DNA of 64,000 nucleotides from an uncultured delta proteobacterium (GTDB lineage Bacteria; Desulfobacterota; Desulfuromonadia; Geobacterales; DSM-12255): the NCBI GenBank assembly GCA_963787125.1, contig CAWBBV010000012.1, positions 64,001 through 128,000 on the forward strand. Direction: 5' to 3'. The translations under genes and the position numbers were made by a program. How positions within the stretch are numbered: the stretch's first letter is position 1; every line of letters begins with the position of its first letter. Below, piece after piece: positions 42,122-52,793 of this stretch. The notes under the pieces were generated by a model, which saw nothing but the letters and a program-made list of their open reading frames with translations, was not told the origin of the DNA and ran no database searches.

Positions 42122-43165
42122 GTGACGAAGGCTATTCTTGTCATAGGTTTCGGAGGCAAGGGGGTTGGTGACCAGATTGTGGCAACACCGTTTATCCGTA
42201 ATCTTGCGCTGAACTTTCCGGACAGCGCCATAGATTTTGCAGCCTCAAGCGTGATGGGAATAGAGCTCCTCAAATATGATCCGTACCTGCGTGATGTTTT
42301 TGTTCTGGATATGAGTTGCTTTCGCCTCGGTGGAGAGAAGGGGTTCGCTGAAAAACTTGCATATATAAAATTGCTCAGAAAGAAAAAGTATCAGCGGGTC
42401 TATATTCTCAGTACCAAACTAAGGCACGCCATGGTCGCCTTCGCAGTTAGTTCAGGCGAGCGGATCGGGTTCGCCTCGTATCATCGTGAGTTTCTGCTTA
42501 CCAAATACTGGCAGGAACCGTTGCAGAAAAATTTGGTCGATAGATTTCTCGATCTGTTGGTACTTGACGGGTTGAAAGTTGTTAATAATCGGATAGAAGT
42601 ATTCCTCCAAAAGGCAGAAGCTGATGCGGCGCAGCAAAGGCTTAGTGGACTTTTTCCTGACGGCAGGCCAGTTGTAGCCCTTGCACCATTTGCTGCTGAT
42701 ATGAGAAGAACATGGGGGTTGCAGCGCTTTGCCGAACTTGCAGGGCGCTGTTCTGCCGAGGGGTGGGGGGTTGTACTGCTCGGTTCTGCTGCTGATCGTG
42801 ATAAGCTCACGGCAACTTTTTGCACGAGTCAAGCCGGCGTTGCCGATCTTGTGGGTGCGCAGAGTATTCGTGAAACAGCCGCCTTGATCAGCATAACTGC
42901 AGCCTTTACCGGTAACGACAGTGGTCTGGCGCACCTAGCCGGAGCCGTTTCAACGTCCGGAGTGGTAATTGGCTACCATGTTACCAAAGTCTGGTACCCT
43001 GCAGCCACCTGTATTCAGACGATTATTCGTGATCCGGACTGCAGTGACTGTGACTTGGCGCGTTGCACTGGTGACGATAATCGGACTCCGCCATGTTTTG
43101 AGGCCGTTACTGTGGATGAAGTATTCAATCGACTTAAAATAATTATTACGGAAGTGAACAAGTGA
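42122..43165 (+). CDS. GT9 glycosyltransferase
   Basis: GVGDQI..TP, GNDSGLAHLA, C..C...C tail. Confidence 0.85.
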   Translation: MTKAILVIGFGGKGVGDQIVATPFIRNLALNFPDSAIDFAASSVMGIELLKYDPYLRDVFVLDMSCFRLGGEKGFAEKLAYIKLLRKKKYQRVYILSTKLRHAMVAFAVSSGERIGFASYHREFLLTKYWQEPLQKNLVDRFLDLLVLDGLKVVNNRIEVFLQKAEADAAQQRLSGLFPDGRPVVALAPFAADMRRTWGLQRFAELAGRCSAEGWGVVLLGSAADRDKLTATFCTSQAGVADLVGAQSIRETAALISITAAFTGNDSGLAHLAGAVSTSGVVIGYHVTKVWYPAATCIQTIIRDPDCSDCDLARCTGDDNRTPPCFEAVTVDEVFNRLKIIITEVNK

Positions 43166-44250
43166 AGATTGCCTTTATTATCAATGCCCGCCTTGTGAGT
43201 GGCGCAGAGGAGCATCTTCTTGATCTGGCCAGCAGGTTGCCCGCTCACGGAATTGAACCGGTATTTTTAGTCCGTAAGGGTGGGGCCTTTGAGGAGAGGC
43301 TTACAGGCGCCGGAGTCAAGAGTCATCCGGTTTTTGTCCCGGAAAAATATACTGTCCCTTTAAGACTGGCTAAAAGCCTGATTCTTGAACAGCCAGATGT
43401 TATTTCCGTAAATCGTGAACATAATATTTATCCAACACTTATAGCTTTTTACCTGGCTCTGCCTTTTCTGAAAAAACGACCAAAACTGGTAAATGTCTTT
43501 CATACGCCGACATCCAGAAGGTATCCTTTTCTCGCTTCACTCTTTGACGGTGTCATTGCCACTTCAGAGTACACCGGAGCCTCTTTTACTTCGAAAAATC
43601 CCGGACTGGACAAGGTAACTTCTATTATTCATTACGGGATCGAACTGCCGGAGCCGCAAGCGAATAAAATGGAGATAAACCGCGAACGCAGGATTCTGCA
43701 GGGACGGAAATTCCCGGTTATAGGCATGGTTGGGGAGCTCTGGAAAAATCAGGAAGAGCTTATTGATGCCGGTGTTGCTTTGCAAAAGGCTTTTCCCGAC
43801 ATCACCATCGCCATAGTTGGCGGTGGTGGGACGGAGCATCTGGAAAAGAAGATTGCCGAATATGGGCTCGAAAAAAATATTGTCCTGACCGGGCGGATTC
43901 CGCGCAAGCAGATACCGGATCTGTTTTATGATTTTGATCTTTCCGTATCTACTCATCGCAATGAAGGTTTTGGTATTGTCCACATAGAATCGCTGGCCGC
44001 GGGCACTCCAGTTGTTGCCTACAATAGCGGCGGCCTGGTGGAGATCATCAACAGGGGTGGCGGGCTGCTGGTAGATGGCGGCACTGGGGAGTTTGTCAGC
44101 ACAGTGCTGGAACTGCTCGCCGACGACGAGCGACGTCGAGCTCTGGGTGTGGAAGGACGCAGCGTGGTTGAGAAGCACTTTACTCTTGATCTCATGGCCA
44201 GATGCCATGCCGAATATTATCGGCGACTGGTCGGGGGCAGAGTCAGCTGA
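43162..44250 (+). CDS. GT4 glycosyltransferase (paralog A)
   Basis: SGAEE, EGFGIVHIESLAAG.PV. Confidence 0.9.
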   Translation: MKIAFIINARLVSGAEEHLLDLASRLPAHGIEPVFLVRKGGAFEERLTGAGVKSHPVFVPEKYTVPLRLAKSLILEQPDVISVNREHNIYPTLIAFYLALPFLKKRPKLVNVFHTPTSRRYPFLASLFDGVIATSEYTGASFTSKNPGLDKVTSIIHYGIELPEPQANKMEINRERRILQGRKFPVIGMVGELWKNQEELIDAGVALQKAFPDITIAIVGGGGTEHLEKKIAEYGLEKNIVLTGRIPRKQIPDLFYDFDLSVSTHRNEGFGIVHIESLAAGTPVVAYNSGGLVEIINRGGGLLVDGGTGEFVSTVLELLADDERRRALGVEGRSVVEKHFTLDLMARCHAEYYRRLVGGRVS

Positions 44251-45189
44251 TGAAGTCTGTCTCAGTAGTAATTCCCAATTACAACGGCAAGTCTTTGCTG
44301 GAGCAGAACATTCCTCCGTTGCTTGCCGCTCTAAGGAGTATGGACGCACCATGGGAGATTATTGTTGTTGACGATGCCAGTAGTGATGATTCAGCGGTTT
44401 TCCTGAAAACATCTTTTCCCGAGATCAGGCTGTTGATCAATGAGGACGAACAGGGGTTTTGCCGAGACTATCAACCGCGGGATATTTGCTGCCAGGCACG
44501 ATGTAGTCATGGCACTGAACAGTGATGTACAGGTGGAGACAGATATTTTTCCGCTGCTGCTGAACAGATTTGACAGCCCGGATATTTTTGCCATTGCCCC
44601 GAGCATGATAGACCCCAGCGATGGCCGTAACCAGGCATCCTACCGTCTGATCCCCGGTGTCTGCTGGTTCGTTGACCGCTGCCCGCAGAGCTTTACTCCG
44701 GAGGAGGCGGCCAATGACTATCCGCTTTTCTTCGCATCCGGTGGCGCCTGTTGTTACGACCGGGAAAAGCTGGTTGCCCTGGGAGGTTTTCCGACCATTT
44801 ATGCACCTTTTTACGTGGAAGATGTCGATCTCTCCTACCAGGCATGGAAGCGCGGCTGGAAATGTCTGCTGGAGCCAAAGGCAACTGTCTGGCACTATTC
44901 CAGTGCCACCATCAAGAAGTATGTAAATTACCGGAAAATAAGATTTATCACCGGTCGTAACAAGCATATGTTTCTCTGGATAAACGTTACTGACAGGTGG
45001 CTGATTTGCAGATATTTTATTTTCCTGTTGCCATCGCTTTTATGGGACATCATCAAGTTCAGAAAGTACAAATTTGTCGGTATGTTCATGGCTCTTGCCA
45101 GGTTTCCTGAAATTCTCTGCGAACGACGCAGAAGAAGAGCTTTTGCAGTGGTTTCTGACAGTGTTGTCATTAAAACCGTACGCTTATAG
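44250..45189 (+). pseudogene. GT2 glycosyltransferase split by a 1-nt insertion near 44444-44445 (or a sequencing error)
   Basis: Frame 1: MKSVSVVIPNYNG...VDDASSD...LINE; frame 2: TNRGFAETINRG...LNSD...YVEDVDL; removing one G restores INETNRGFA. Confidence 0.85.
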
Positions 45190-45238
45190 TCCAAAATCCC
45201 CAGGGACAGTTCACAACCTGAAACCAGGAGGTTACTTG

Positions 45239-46858
45239 ATGACTGAAACACCTCATAACATCGGTTATCTATGCACTGGTTACCAGTGCTGCAGAGGTCT
45301 TGGTGACAAGGTGGCGATGCGCTGGATATCGCCGCGTTTCGAGCAGACGGATTATACGTTTGCTGATCTTGACAGGGAGTCGAACAAGGTTGCCAATGCC
45401 CTGAATTCGCTCGGCGCTGCTGCCGGTGATGTGGTATTTACCTTCCTGCCCAAATGTCCTGAACAGTTTTTCGCTTTTCTTGGCGCATTGAAAATTGAGT
45501 GTGTCATCGGTACGCTGTTTTCGAATTTCGGTGACGATGCCCTGCTTGATCGCTTGAGCGATTCCGGGGCTAAAATCCTGATAACCAAAAGCTCTCTTTA
45601 CCGGAAAGTTGAAAGGATCAGGCACTGTCTCCCGAAACTTAAGACTGTTATTCTGGTTGATGCAGAAGATGATCGTGCTGATGATCTCCTTAGCTGGCAC
45701 CGATTAATGGCAAATGCGTCTGATGATTATACAGTCTCTGTAACGGCTCCGGAGACCCCTTCGGTACTTCATTACACTTCCGGATCTACCGGTAAACCCA
45801 AAGGGGTCTTGCATTGCCACCGCAGCATTTTGCAGCAGAGCATTACTGCCAGGGATATACTCGGTCTGCGACCGGATGATATTTTCTGGTGCACTGCCGA
45901 TCAAGGGTGGGTTACCGGTACCAGCTACGGTATCATCGGGCCGTGGAGTCTGGGGGTTACCCAGATTCACTTTGGAGGCGGTTACTCGGCAGAGCACTGG
46001 TTCGAACTTATTGAGCAGCAGGGGGTTACGGTCTGGTACACAGCTCCAACGGCGCTGCGGATGCTGATGCGCGAACCTCAGGAGGTTCTCAGCAGATTTG
46101 AGTTGGTGAGCCTGAGAAATATTTTCAGTGTCGGCGAGCCTCTTAATCCAGAAGTGATTACCTGGGGACGGGAACAATTTGGTAAAGATATCTACGATAC
46201 CTGGTTTCAGACCGAGACCGGCGCAATTATGATTGCCAACAGTCCCGGCATCCCTGTAAGGCCAGGTTCCATGGGTAAACCGCTGACAGGAATTATACCA
46301 GGCATTTTGGCTGATGACGGCTGTGAGCTTGCCGCCGGGGAGCATGGCAACCTCTGTGTTCGGTCAGGGTGGGACTCGATGTTCATAACCTATCTGAACA
46401 ATGATTCGGCCTATGCAAGCAAGTTCCGCGATGGCTGGTATTATACCGGCGACATGGCCTGGCGCGACAGCGACGGTTATTACTGGTTTACGGGGCGAAG
46501 CGACGATGTTATCAATACCTCCGGGCATCTGGTGAGTCCGTTTGAGGTGGAGAGTGTGCTGCTCGAACTCCCCGAAGTGGCCGAATCAGGCGTTATCGGC
46601 GTTCCTGACGACATGCTGTTTGAAAAAGTAATTGCTTTCATTCATTTTCATCGCCAGATTGAGTTTTCGCCGGAGCTTGAACTGAAGATCCGACTGCACG
46701 TTGCCAACCGGCTATCGACACTGGCAATTCCACAGGAAGTTATTCAGATTGAATCCGTACCGAAGAACAAAAGCGGCAAAATCATGAGGCGGGTTCTCAA
46801 GGCTCGCTATCTTGGGCAGGACGCCGGCGACATATCAACATTGGAGGACTCACCGTGA
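45239..46858 (+). CDS. AMP-forming acyl ligase (acetate--CoA ligase-like)
   Basis: YTSGSTGKPKG, WCTAD.GWVTG, DTWFQTETG, GRSDD, PK.KSGKIMRR; AGGAGG RBS before ATG 45239. Confidence 0.9.
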   Translation: MTETPHNIGYLCTGYQCCRGLGDKVAMRWISPRFEQTDYTFADLDRESNKVANALNSLGAAAGDVVFTFLPKCPEQFFAFLGALKIECVIGTLFSNFGDDALLDRLSDSGAKILITKSSLYRKVERIRHCLPKLKTVILVDAEDDRADDLLSWHRLMANASDDYTVSVTAPETPSVLHYTSGSTGKPKGVLHCHRSILQQSITARDILGLRPDDIFWCTADQGWVTGTSYGIIGPWSLGVTQIHFGGGYSAEHWFELIEQQGVTVWYTAPTALRMLMREPQEVLSRFELVSLRNIFSVGEPLNPEVITWGREQFGKDIYDTWFQTETGAIMIANSPGIPVRPGSMGKPLTGIIPGILADDGCELAAGEHGNLCVRSGWDSMFITYLNNDSAYASKFRDGWYYTGDMAWRDSDGYYWFTGRSDDVINTSGHLVSPFEVESVLLELPEVAESGVIGVPDDMLFEKVIAFIHFHRQIEFSPELELKIRLHVANRLSTLAIPQEVIQIESVPKNKSGKIMRRVLKARYLGQDAGDISTLEDSP

Positions 46859-47091
46859 TTACACTGGAAATGCTTGAACCGATATTCTGCACTGTTTTTG
46901 ACGACCCGGCAATCTCCCTTACCCGCAACACCGTTGCTGATGACATTGATGACTGGGACTCGCTCTCTCACATGAATCTTGTCATTGCCGTTGAGCTTGC
47001 TTTCAAAGTCAAGTTTGCCCTTGGTGAGCTCCAGACCCTGAAAAACGTCGGTGATATGCTCGATCTGGTGAACAAAAAGCACACAAAGTAA
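46855..47091 (+). CDS. Acyl carrier protein
   Basis: WDSL phosphopantetheine Ser; 78 aa, acidic; GTGA overlap with the ligase. Confidence 0.92.
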   Translation: MITLEMLEPIFCTVFDDPAISLTRNTVADDIDDWDSLSHMNLVIAVELAFKVKFALGELQTLKNVGDMLDLVNKKHTK

Positions 47092-47106
47092 AAGGACTGG
47101 GTCTGA

Positions 47107-48576
47107 ATGCTCTTTAACTCCTATGAATTTATTTTTCTCTTCTTGCCGGTGACTCTGGCGGTTTATTTCGTGCTCCTCCGGCATCGTTTTACCGTGGCGG
47201 CTAAATCATGGTTACTTTTTGCGTCACTGTTTTTCTACAGTTGGTGGGATATGCGGTATCTACCCCTTATCCTCGGTTCGATTCTATTTAATTACACAGT
47301 TGGCGGTCTGCTGGTTGAGTATGACGAATCAAAGCCGAGGAGCGTCTCCAGAAAATCTATTTTCATTGTCGGTATAGTAGCAAACATTCTGCTGCTTTGC
47401 TGGTTCAAATATATGGATTTCTTCATTGGCACGGCGAACACTCTGATCGGGACAGAACTGCCATTACTGAAAATTGTCCTTCCTCTTGGCATAAGTTTTT
47501 TCACCATAACTCAGATCGCTTTCATTGTAGACGCCTATGAGGGGTTGGTTGAAGAACGCAATCTCCTCAACTATGCTCTCTTCGTGACTTTTTTCCCCCA
47601 TCTTCTGGCCGGACCTATTCTGCACCACAAAGAGATGATGCCACAGTTCGACCGTCTGCGAAACAAGGTGCTCAGCTGGAAAAATCTGTATCTGGGGCTG
47701 GCTCTTTTCTTTATCGGTCTCTTTAAAAAAGTTGTGCTGGCTGACAGTTTTTCCGTATGGGCAAAAGCCGGCTTTGATTCGACCACACCCCTGACTTTCT
47801 TTCCTGCCTGGTTTGCGTCTCTTTCCTATACCTTCCAACTTTATTTCGACTTCAGCGGTTATAGCGACATGGCTGTGGCGATTGGCTGGATGTTCAATAT
47901 CTGTCTGCCGGTAAACTTCAATTCGCCCTACAAGGCAACCGGCCTGATTGATTTCTGGAAACGCTGGCACATAACTCTGACCAATTTTGTTTCCACCTAC
48001 ATCTACACGCCTCTGCTGCGCTCATTTTCAAAAATTACCTTTACTGCCTCCTTGGTGGCCATCTTCGTCTCCATGCTGATATCGGGTTTGTGGCATGGCG
48101 CCGGCTGGACGTTTATCATCTGGGGGGGATTGCACGGTTTCGGGCTGGTGGTTAATCATATCTGGAAAAAAAGAAAATTGGCCATGCCACGAATGGTTGC
48201 CTGGTTTATAACGTTTCAGTTTGTTAACCTCTCGTTCGTTTTTTTCCGCTCAAAATCGCTGGAGGCCGCCGGGCAGATGTTTGCCGGCATGTTTGGGCTC
48301 AACGGTGTAATGCTGCATAAATCGCTCATGAAGTACGCAATTATTCGTGATTCAGGTGTCTCCTTCGGCAGATGGCTCGACTCGATCAAAGGTGGTGACA
48401 CCACATGGGGAATGCTGCTTCTTGCTATGGTGATAGTTACGTTTTCCAGAAACTCATTGGAGTTGGTTCGTCAACTCCGTCCTTCGTGGGGATGGCTTTG
48501 CATTATAATTCTGGCTGGTTTCTGGGCGCTGACTGAAATGGGGAAGGTGTCCGAGTTCCTCTATTTTCAATTTTAA
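47107..48576 (+). CDS. MBOAT O-acyltransferase (AlgI/DltB/PatA type)
   Basis: MLFNS..F, PLGISFFT, FFPHL.AGPI, DFSGYSD, FW.RWH, GLWHG; ends FLYFQF. Confidence 0.95.
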   Translation: MLFNSYEFIFLFLPVTLAVYFVLLRHRFTVAAKSWLLFASLFFYSWWDMRYLPLILGSILFNYTVGGLLVEYDESKPRSVSRKSIFIVGIVANILLLCWFKYMDFFIGTANTLIGTELPLLKIVLPLGISFFTITQIAFIVDAYEGLVEERNLLNYALFVTFFPHLLAGPILHHKEMMPQFDRLRNKVLSWKNLYLGLALFFIGLFKKVVLADSFSVWAKAGFDSTTPLTFFPAWFASLSYTFQLYFDFSGYSDMAVAIGWMFNICLPVNFNSPYKATGLIDFWKRWHITLTNFVSTYIYTPLLRSFSKITFTASLVAIFVSMLISGLWHGAGWTFIIWGGLHGFGLVVNHIWKKRKLAMPRMVAWFITFQFVNLSFVFFRSKSLEAAGQMFAGMFGLNGVMLHKSLMKYAIIRDSGVSFGRWLDSIKGGDTTWGMLLLAMVIVTFSRNSLELVRQLRPSWGWLCIIILAGFWALTEMGKVSEFLYFQF

Positions 48577-48585
48577 GGCTGACAT

Positions 48586-49665
48586 ATGAATTATCGAAAG
48601 TGTGTGTTTATATTACTAATTGCTTTTCTGCTGTTTGCCGGTGGGAACTATCTTGTCTGGAAGATTTGGACTGAGTCGTTATTGACATTTAATCAAGGGT
48701 ACGGTGGTGATTTCGCTCGTATGGGATATGTGTCGAGCGTCAAAGTGCACAGAAAGAATTCGATAGATCTGCCGAAAAAGCATATTGAAGGTGTTGATTA
48801 TCGAGGTGGTTCCATCGACATTGTTACAGTCGGTGACTCCTTTTCACAAGGAACAGTTGGTGGAAGAAACCCTTACTATCAGGATTATATTGCATCTTTA
48901 AAAAATATGAAAGTTGTCAACCTCCCTTCTCTGAAACTGCCGGATGAGGATGATGAAAAGAGTCACTTCAGAACGGTATTAAAACTTGCCAACAGCGGCT
49001 GGTTGCGCGACCGGGGAGTGAAGTACGTTTTGCTGGAGTCGACCGAATGGCTTTGTGTTGAGCGTTTCAATCGAAAATTTGATTTTTCGGAGTCTGATGA
49101 CCCAGCGCGATTAAGCACCGTTTACGCTACCTACAGAAAAAGATACGATCTGCCTGAAATTGGTTTTATCAATAACGGCAACCTTAAATGGCTTATTCAG
49201 CCAATCAGTTACAAACTTTCCGGGCATGATTTTAATAAGAAAATTTACAAGGCAAAATTGGACAGGGACTTTTTCACGTCAAAAGACAGCCGGACTCTAT
49301 TGTTTTTCCATAAGAATATCAACGTTACACCTCGATTTTCATTGAATGATGTAACTGAGATGAATGAACAGTTGAATTTGCTGGCAGATTTATTGTCACA
49401 GCAGGGGGTTAAATTGATATTCATGCCGTGTGTCGATAAATATAACCTTTACTCGGATTTTATTGTGAATAATTCGTATCCCAGAAGCTCATTTTTCGAG
49501 AAGCTGCGGCCTTTACCCAAACGCTATCTTTTTGTTGATACGAAAGCTTTACTATCGGAAAGTGTGCGTAATGGAGTTAAGGATATTTATTATGCTGATG
49601 ATTCCCATTTGAGTTGGAAAGCTTATGAGATAATTTTTCAATCACCTATATTGAGCGGTTCCTGA
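48586..49665 (+). CDS. Membrane-anchored SGNH-like protein (AlgJ/AlgX-like)
   Basis: N-terminal TM; VGDSF; YYADDSH. Confidence 0.7.
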   Translation: MNYRKCVFILLIAFLLFAGGNYLVWKIWTESLLTFNQGYGGDFARMGYVSSVKVHRKNSIDLPKKHIEGVDYRGGSIDIVTVGDSFSQGTVGGRNPYYQDYIASLKNMKVVNLPSLKLPDEDDEKSHFRTVLKLANSGWLRDRGVKYVLLESTEWLCVERFNRKFDFSESDDPARLSTVYATYRKRYDLPEIGFINNGNLKWLIQPISYKLSGHDFNKKIYKAKLDRDFFTSKDSRTLLFFHKNINVTPRFSLNDVTEMNEQLNLLADLLSQQGVKLIFMPCVDKYNLYSDFIVNNSYPRSSFFEKLRPLPKRYLFVDTKALLSESVRNGVKDIYYADDSHLSWKAYEIIFQSPILSGS

Positions 49666-49669
49666 AAAG

Positions 49670-50764
49670 ATGTTGATGTCGTATCGAACCTGGGTATTGC
49701 GATTCGTTGTTATTATGCTCTCCGTTGAATCCATGATTGCCGTCGGCAATTACTGGTTCGATCCCCTCTGGTGTTTCGGCAGCGTTAACAGTTCCAATGC
49801 AACTGCCATCGTCATAGACCAGAGGCAACAAAAAACCAATCTTGTTGCTTTCGGCCCTTGCGGTTACGATACGCTTATTATCGGCAGCAGCAGGGTTGAA
49901 CCATTAGACGCCAGGGATTTCGCCGGGTTGACGGCTTTTAACTATTCTCTGCCGGCTTTGTTTCCGGATGAATATCAGGAGTATATTGATTTCTTTCGAA
50001 AAAAAAATGGAAATTCTTTGCGCAAAATCTATCTTGGGCTTGATTTTTTCGGAACGATTGAGAAAAAACCGGTTGTCAATCGCCTCCCCAGGAGCTATTT
50101 CGACGAAGTTGAAGCGAAGAGCAGCCGCTTGAACAGTCTGTTGGGGTCCGATCCACTCATAAAGTTTGTAAAGGGACATTTCGAGAAAGATTTTTATATA
50201 CGCTATGATCGCAGGGCAAACACTCTAATCCCGCGTGATTTGACTGAAGCGGAACGACAGCTTTTTATCATGAAGCGGCTGTCAGTTTTCGAGAAAAACT
50301 TTTACGCCGATAACGCATACAGTTACAACCAGCGATACAGAGCTCAGCTTGCCAACATTGCAGAACGAAACCGTGACCTTGACCTGCATGTATTTACCAC
50401 CACGGTTTCAAAGCCGCTTTTCGAGCTGATGGTTCGCCAAGGGCGTTATCCGGACTATGAGCGCTGGCTGCGTGATGCAGTCTCGGTTTTCGGGACGGTG
50501 ATCAATTTCATGACGGTAAACAGCGTGACCTCTGATATGTCCAGTTACTACGATGCTGATCATCTTTACCCTTTTGCAGCCAGATATGTTTCCCGAAGGC
50601 TCTGCGGACTTGACGGCATGAACATGCCGACAGATTTCGGCGATGTTGTTACCAGAGAAACAGTAGAAAGTTATCTGTCGAACATGCGTCGCCGTGTAGC
50701 TGATCTTCCCGGTGGGCTTGAGAGTCTGCAGCAAATACACATGAAGGAGACTTTGCTTAAATGA
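49670..50764 (+). CDS. Membrane-anchored SGNH-like protein (DltD-like)
   Basis: N-terminal TM followed by DP; IIGSSR; YYDADH. Confidence 0.65.
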   Translation: MLMSYRTWVLRFVVIMLSVESMIAVGNYWFDPLWCFGSVNSSNATAIVIDQRQQKTNLVAFGPCGYDTLIIGSSRVEPLDARDFAGLTAFNYSLPALFPDEYQEYIDFFRKKNGNSLRKIYLGLDFFGTIEKKPVVNRLPRSYFDEVEAKSSRLNSLLGSDPLIKFVKGHFEKDFYIRYDRRANTLIPRDLTEAERQLFIMKRLSVFEKNFYADNAYSYNQRYRAQLANIAERNRDLDLHVFTTTVSKPLFELMVRQGRYPDYERWLRDAVSVFGTVINFMTVNSVTSDMSSYYDADHLYPFAARYVSRRLCGLDGMNMPTDFGDVVTRETVESYLSNMRRRVADLPGGLESLQQIHMKETLLK

Positions 50765-51687
50765 ACTTTTTCAAGCATCCGCAGGCTTTGGTAGAGACGG
50801 AGAACATCGGCGCCGGTTCGCGCATCTGGGCCTTTGCCCATGTGCTGCCCGGAGCAGTTATCGGCGTGGAATGTAATATCTGCGACAATGTCTTTATAGA
50901 GAACGACGTCACGATCGGCAACCGTGTTACCATTAAATGCGGCGTGCAGGTCTGGGACGGTATCACCCTGGAAGACGACGTATTTGTCGGGCCGAACGCA
51001 ACCTTTACCAACGATCTTTTCCCAAGGAGCAAACAGTATCCCGAGCAGTTTGCCAGAACAATTGTGCGCTGTGGCGCTTCCATCGGTGCCAACGCAACGC
51101 TTCTCTCCGGAATTACCATCGGCAAGAATGCCATGGTCGGTGCAGGGGCAGTGGTTACCAGAGATGTTCCCCCGAACGCCATTGTTGTCGGCAACCCGGC
51201 ATGGATCAAAGGCTATATTTCTTCCGGCAAAAATGCACCAACCTCAACTGCTGTTGATAAGCAGAAGCCGGTCAAACCGCAGGTAAATGGTGTTGAGGTC
51301 TGCCGACTCCCCCTTGTCGTCGACATGCGCGGCAGTCTTCTGTTTGCCGAGTACGGTCAGTATCTGCCGTTTGTTCCCAAACGTTTCTTTCTTGTTTTCG
51401 ACGTACGCAGCAAAGAGGTGCGCGGTGAGCATGCCCATAAGCAGCTGCACCAGTTTCTGGTCTGCATCACCGGTTCATGTTCACTTGTCGTGGATGATGG
51501 TCATAACCGCGAGGAAATCGTTCTGGATAGTCCGCAGATCGGAGTGCACATTCATCCTATGGTGTGGGGCATTCAGTACAAGTATTCGCCTGATGCCGTG
51601 CTCCTTGTCATGGCCTCGGAAGTTTATAGTGCGGATGATTATATTCGTGATTACGACGAATTTCTCAAACTGGTGGCTGACCGATGA
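50761..51687 (+). CDS. WxcM-like bifunctional N-acetyltransferase / dTDP-4-keto-6-deoxyhexose 3,4-isomerase
   Basis: N-terminal hexapeptide repeats (FTND..PRS); C-terminal cupin (D.RG.L, RG.HAH, YIRDY). Confidence 0.85.
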   Translation: MNFFKHPQALVETENIGAGSRIWAFAHVLPGAVIGVECNICDNVFIENDVTIGNRVTIKCGVQVWDGITLEDDVFVGPNATFTNDLFPRSKQYPEQFARTIVRCGASIGANATLLSGITIGKNAMVGAGAVVTRDVPPNAIVVGNPAWIKGYISSGKNAPTSTAVDKQKPVKPQVNGVEVCRLPLVVDMRGSLLFAEYGQYLPFVPKRFFLVFDVRSKEVRGEHAHKQLHQFLVCITGSCSLVVDDGHNREEIVLDSPQIGVHIHPMVWGIQYKYSPDAVLLVMASEVYSADDYIRDYDEFLKLVADR

Positions 51688-52793
51688 CACAAGTTCCTTT
51701 TCTTGACATGAAATCTCCCTACCTTGAACTGAAGGATGAGCTGGACGCGGCGCATCGCCGGGTGATGGAGTCAGGCTGGTACATTCTCGGCAATGAAGTT
51801 GCGGCGTTCGAGGCAGAATTTGCCGCCTATTGCGGGGTTAAACACTGTATTGGTGTCGGAAATGGTCTGGATGCTTTGCACTTGATCCTGCGGGGGATGG
51901 ATATCGGTCCTGGGGATGAGGTCATTGTGCCAAGCAATACCTACATCGCTACCTGGCTGGCAGTGTCATATGTTGGTGCTACTCCGGTCCCGGTCGAACC
52001 AGATGCGCTGACGTACAATCTTGATCCCTTGCGGATCGAGGCAGCCGTAACCTCTCGGACAAAAGCGGTTCTGCCGGTGCATCTTTACGGTCAACCGGCA
52101 GAAATGGACATGATCAACATCATTGCCGACCGGCATGGCCTCAAGGTGATTGAAGACGTCGCCCAGGCTCACGGAGCTAGATATAAAGGGCGGCGTACGG
52201 GAGGTCTGGGTCATGCCGCCGGTTTCAGTTTCTACCCGGGTAAAAATCTTGGCGCACTGGGTGACGGCGGAGCAGTAACTACCGACGATGATGCGTTGGC
52301 CGAGAGAATTAGGACGCTACGTAACTACGGCTCTCAGCAAAAGTATGTTAATAAGGAAAAAGGCTTTAACTCTCGCCTGGACGAGCTGCAGGCTGCATTT
52401 TTAAGGGTAAAGCTTCCCCGCCTTGATGAGTGGAACGAGCGCCGCCGTCTGGTCGCGCAGCAGTATCTTGCTGCCTTAAATAAGGATCTGTTGCAGTTGC
52501 CCAGTCTTGCCAAGGACGTAGAACCGGTTTGGCACCTGTTTGTTGTCAGGACAGAAAAGAGACAGCAGTTGCAGGACAAACTGCAAGCTGCCGGTATTGG
52601 TACTCTGATTCATTATCCGATTCCTCCTCATATGCAGCAGGCATACCTTGAGCTGGGTTTTATCGACGGAGACTTTCCGCTGGCTGAGAAAATGGCTACA
52701 GAGCTCTTGAGTCTGCCAATCGGTCCACATATGGACGCAGAAATAGTTGCTTTGGTGGCAGCGACAGTAAATGAAATAGTTGAGGAAACATGA
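51684..52793 (+). CDS. DegT/DnrJ/EryC1/StrS aminotransferase (FdtB/QdtB-like)
   Basis: [40 protein letters not shown]. Confidence 0.9.
   Translation: MTQVPFLDMKSPYLELKDELDAAHRRVMESGWYILGNEVAAFEAEFAAYCGVKHCIGVGNGLDALHLILRGMDIGPGDEVIVPSNTYIATWLAVSYVGATPVPVEPDALTYNLDPLRIEAAVTSRTKAVLPVHLYGQPAEMDMINIIADRHGLKVIEDVAQAHGARYKGRRTGGLGHAAGFSFYPGKNLGALGDGGAVTTDDDALAERIRTLRNYGSQQKYVNKEKGFNSRLDELQAAFLRVKLPRLDEWNERRRLVAQQYLAALNKDLLQLPSLAKDVEPVWHLFVVRTEKRQQLQDKLQAAGIGTLIHYPIPPHMQQAYLELGFIDGDFPLAEKMATELLSLPIGPHMDAEIVALVAATVNEIVEET

Noticed and set aside
44452..44460. Phase-variable homopolymer in the GT2 gene
   Set aside because: G4T4 is too short, and the GT2 consensus places the extra base at 44444-44445
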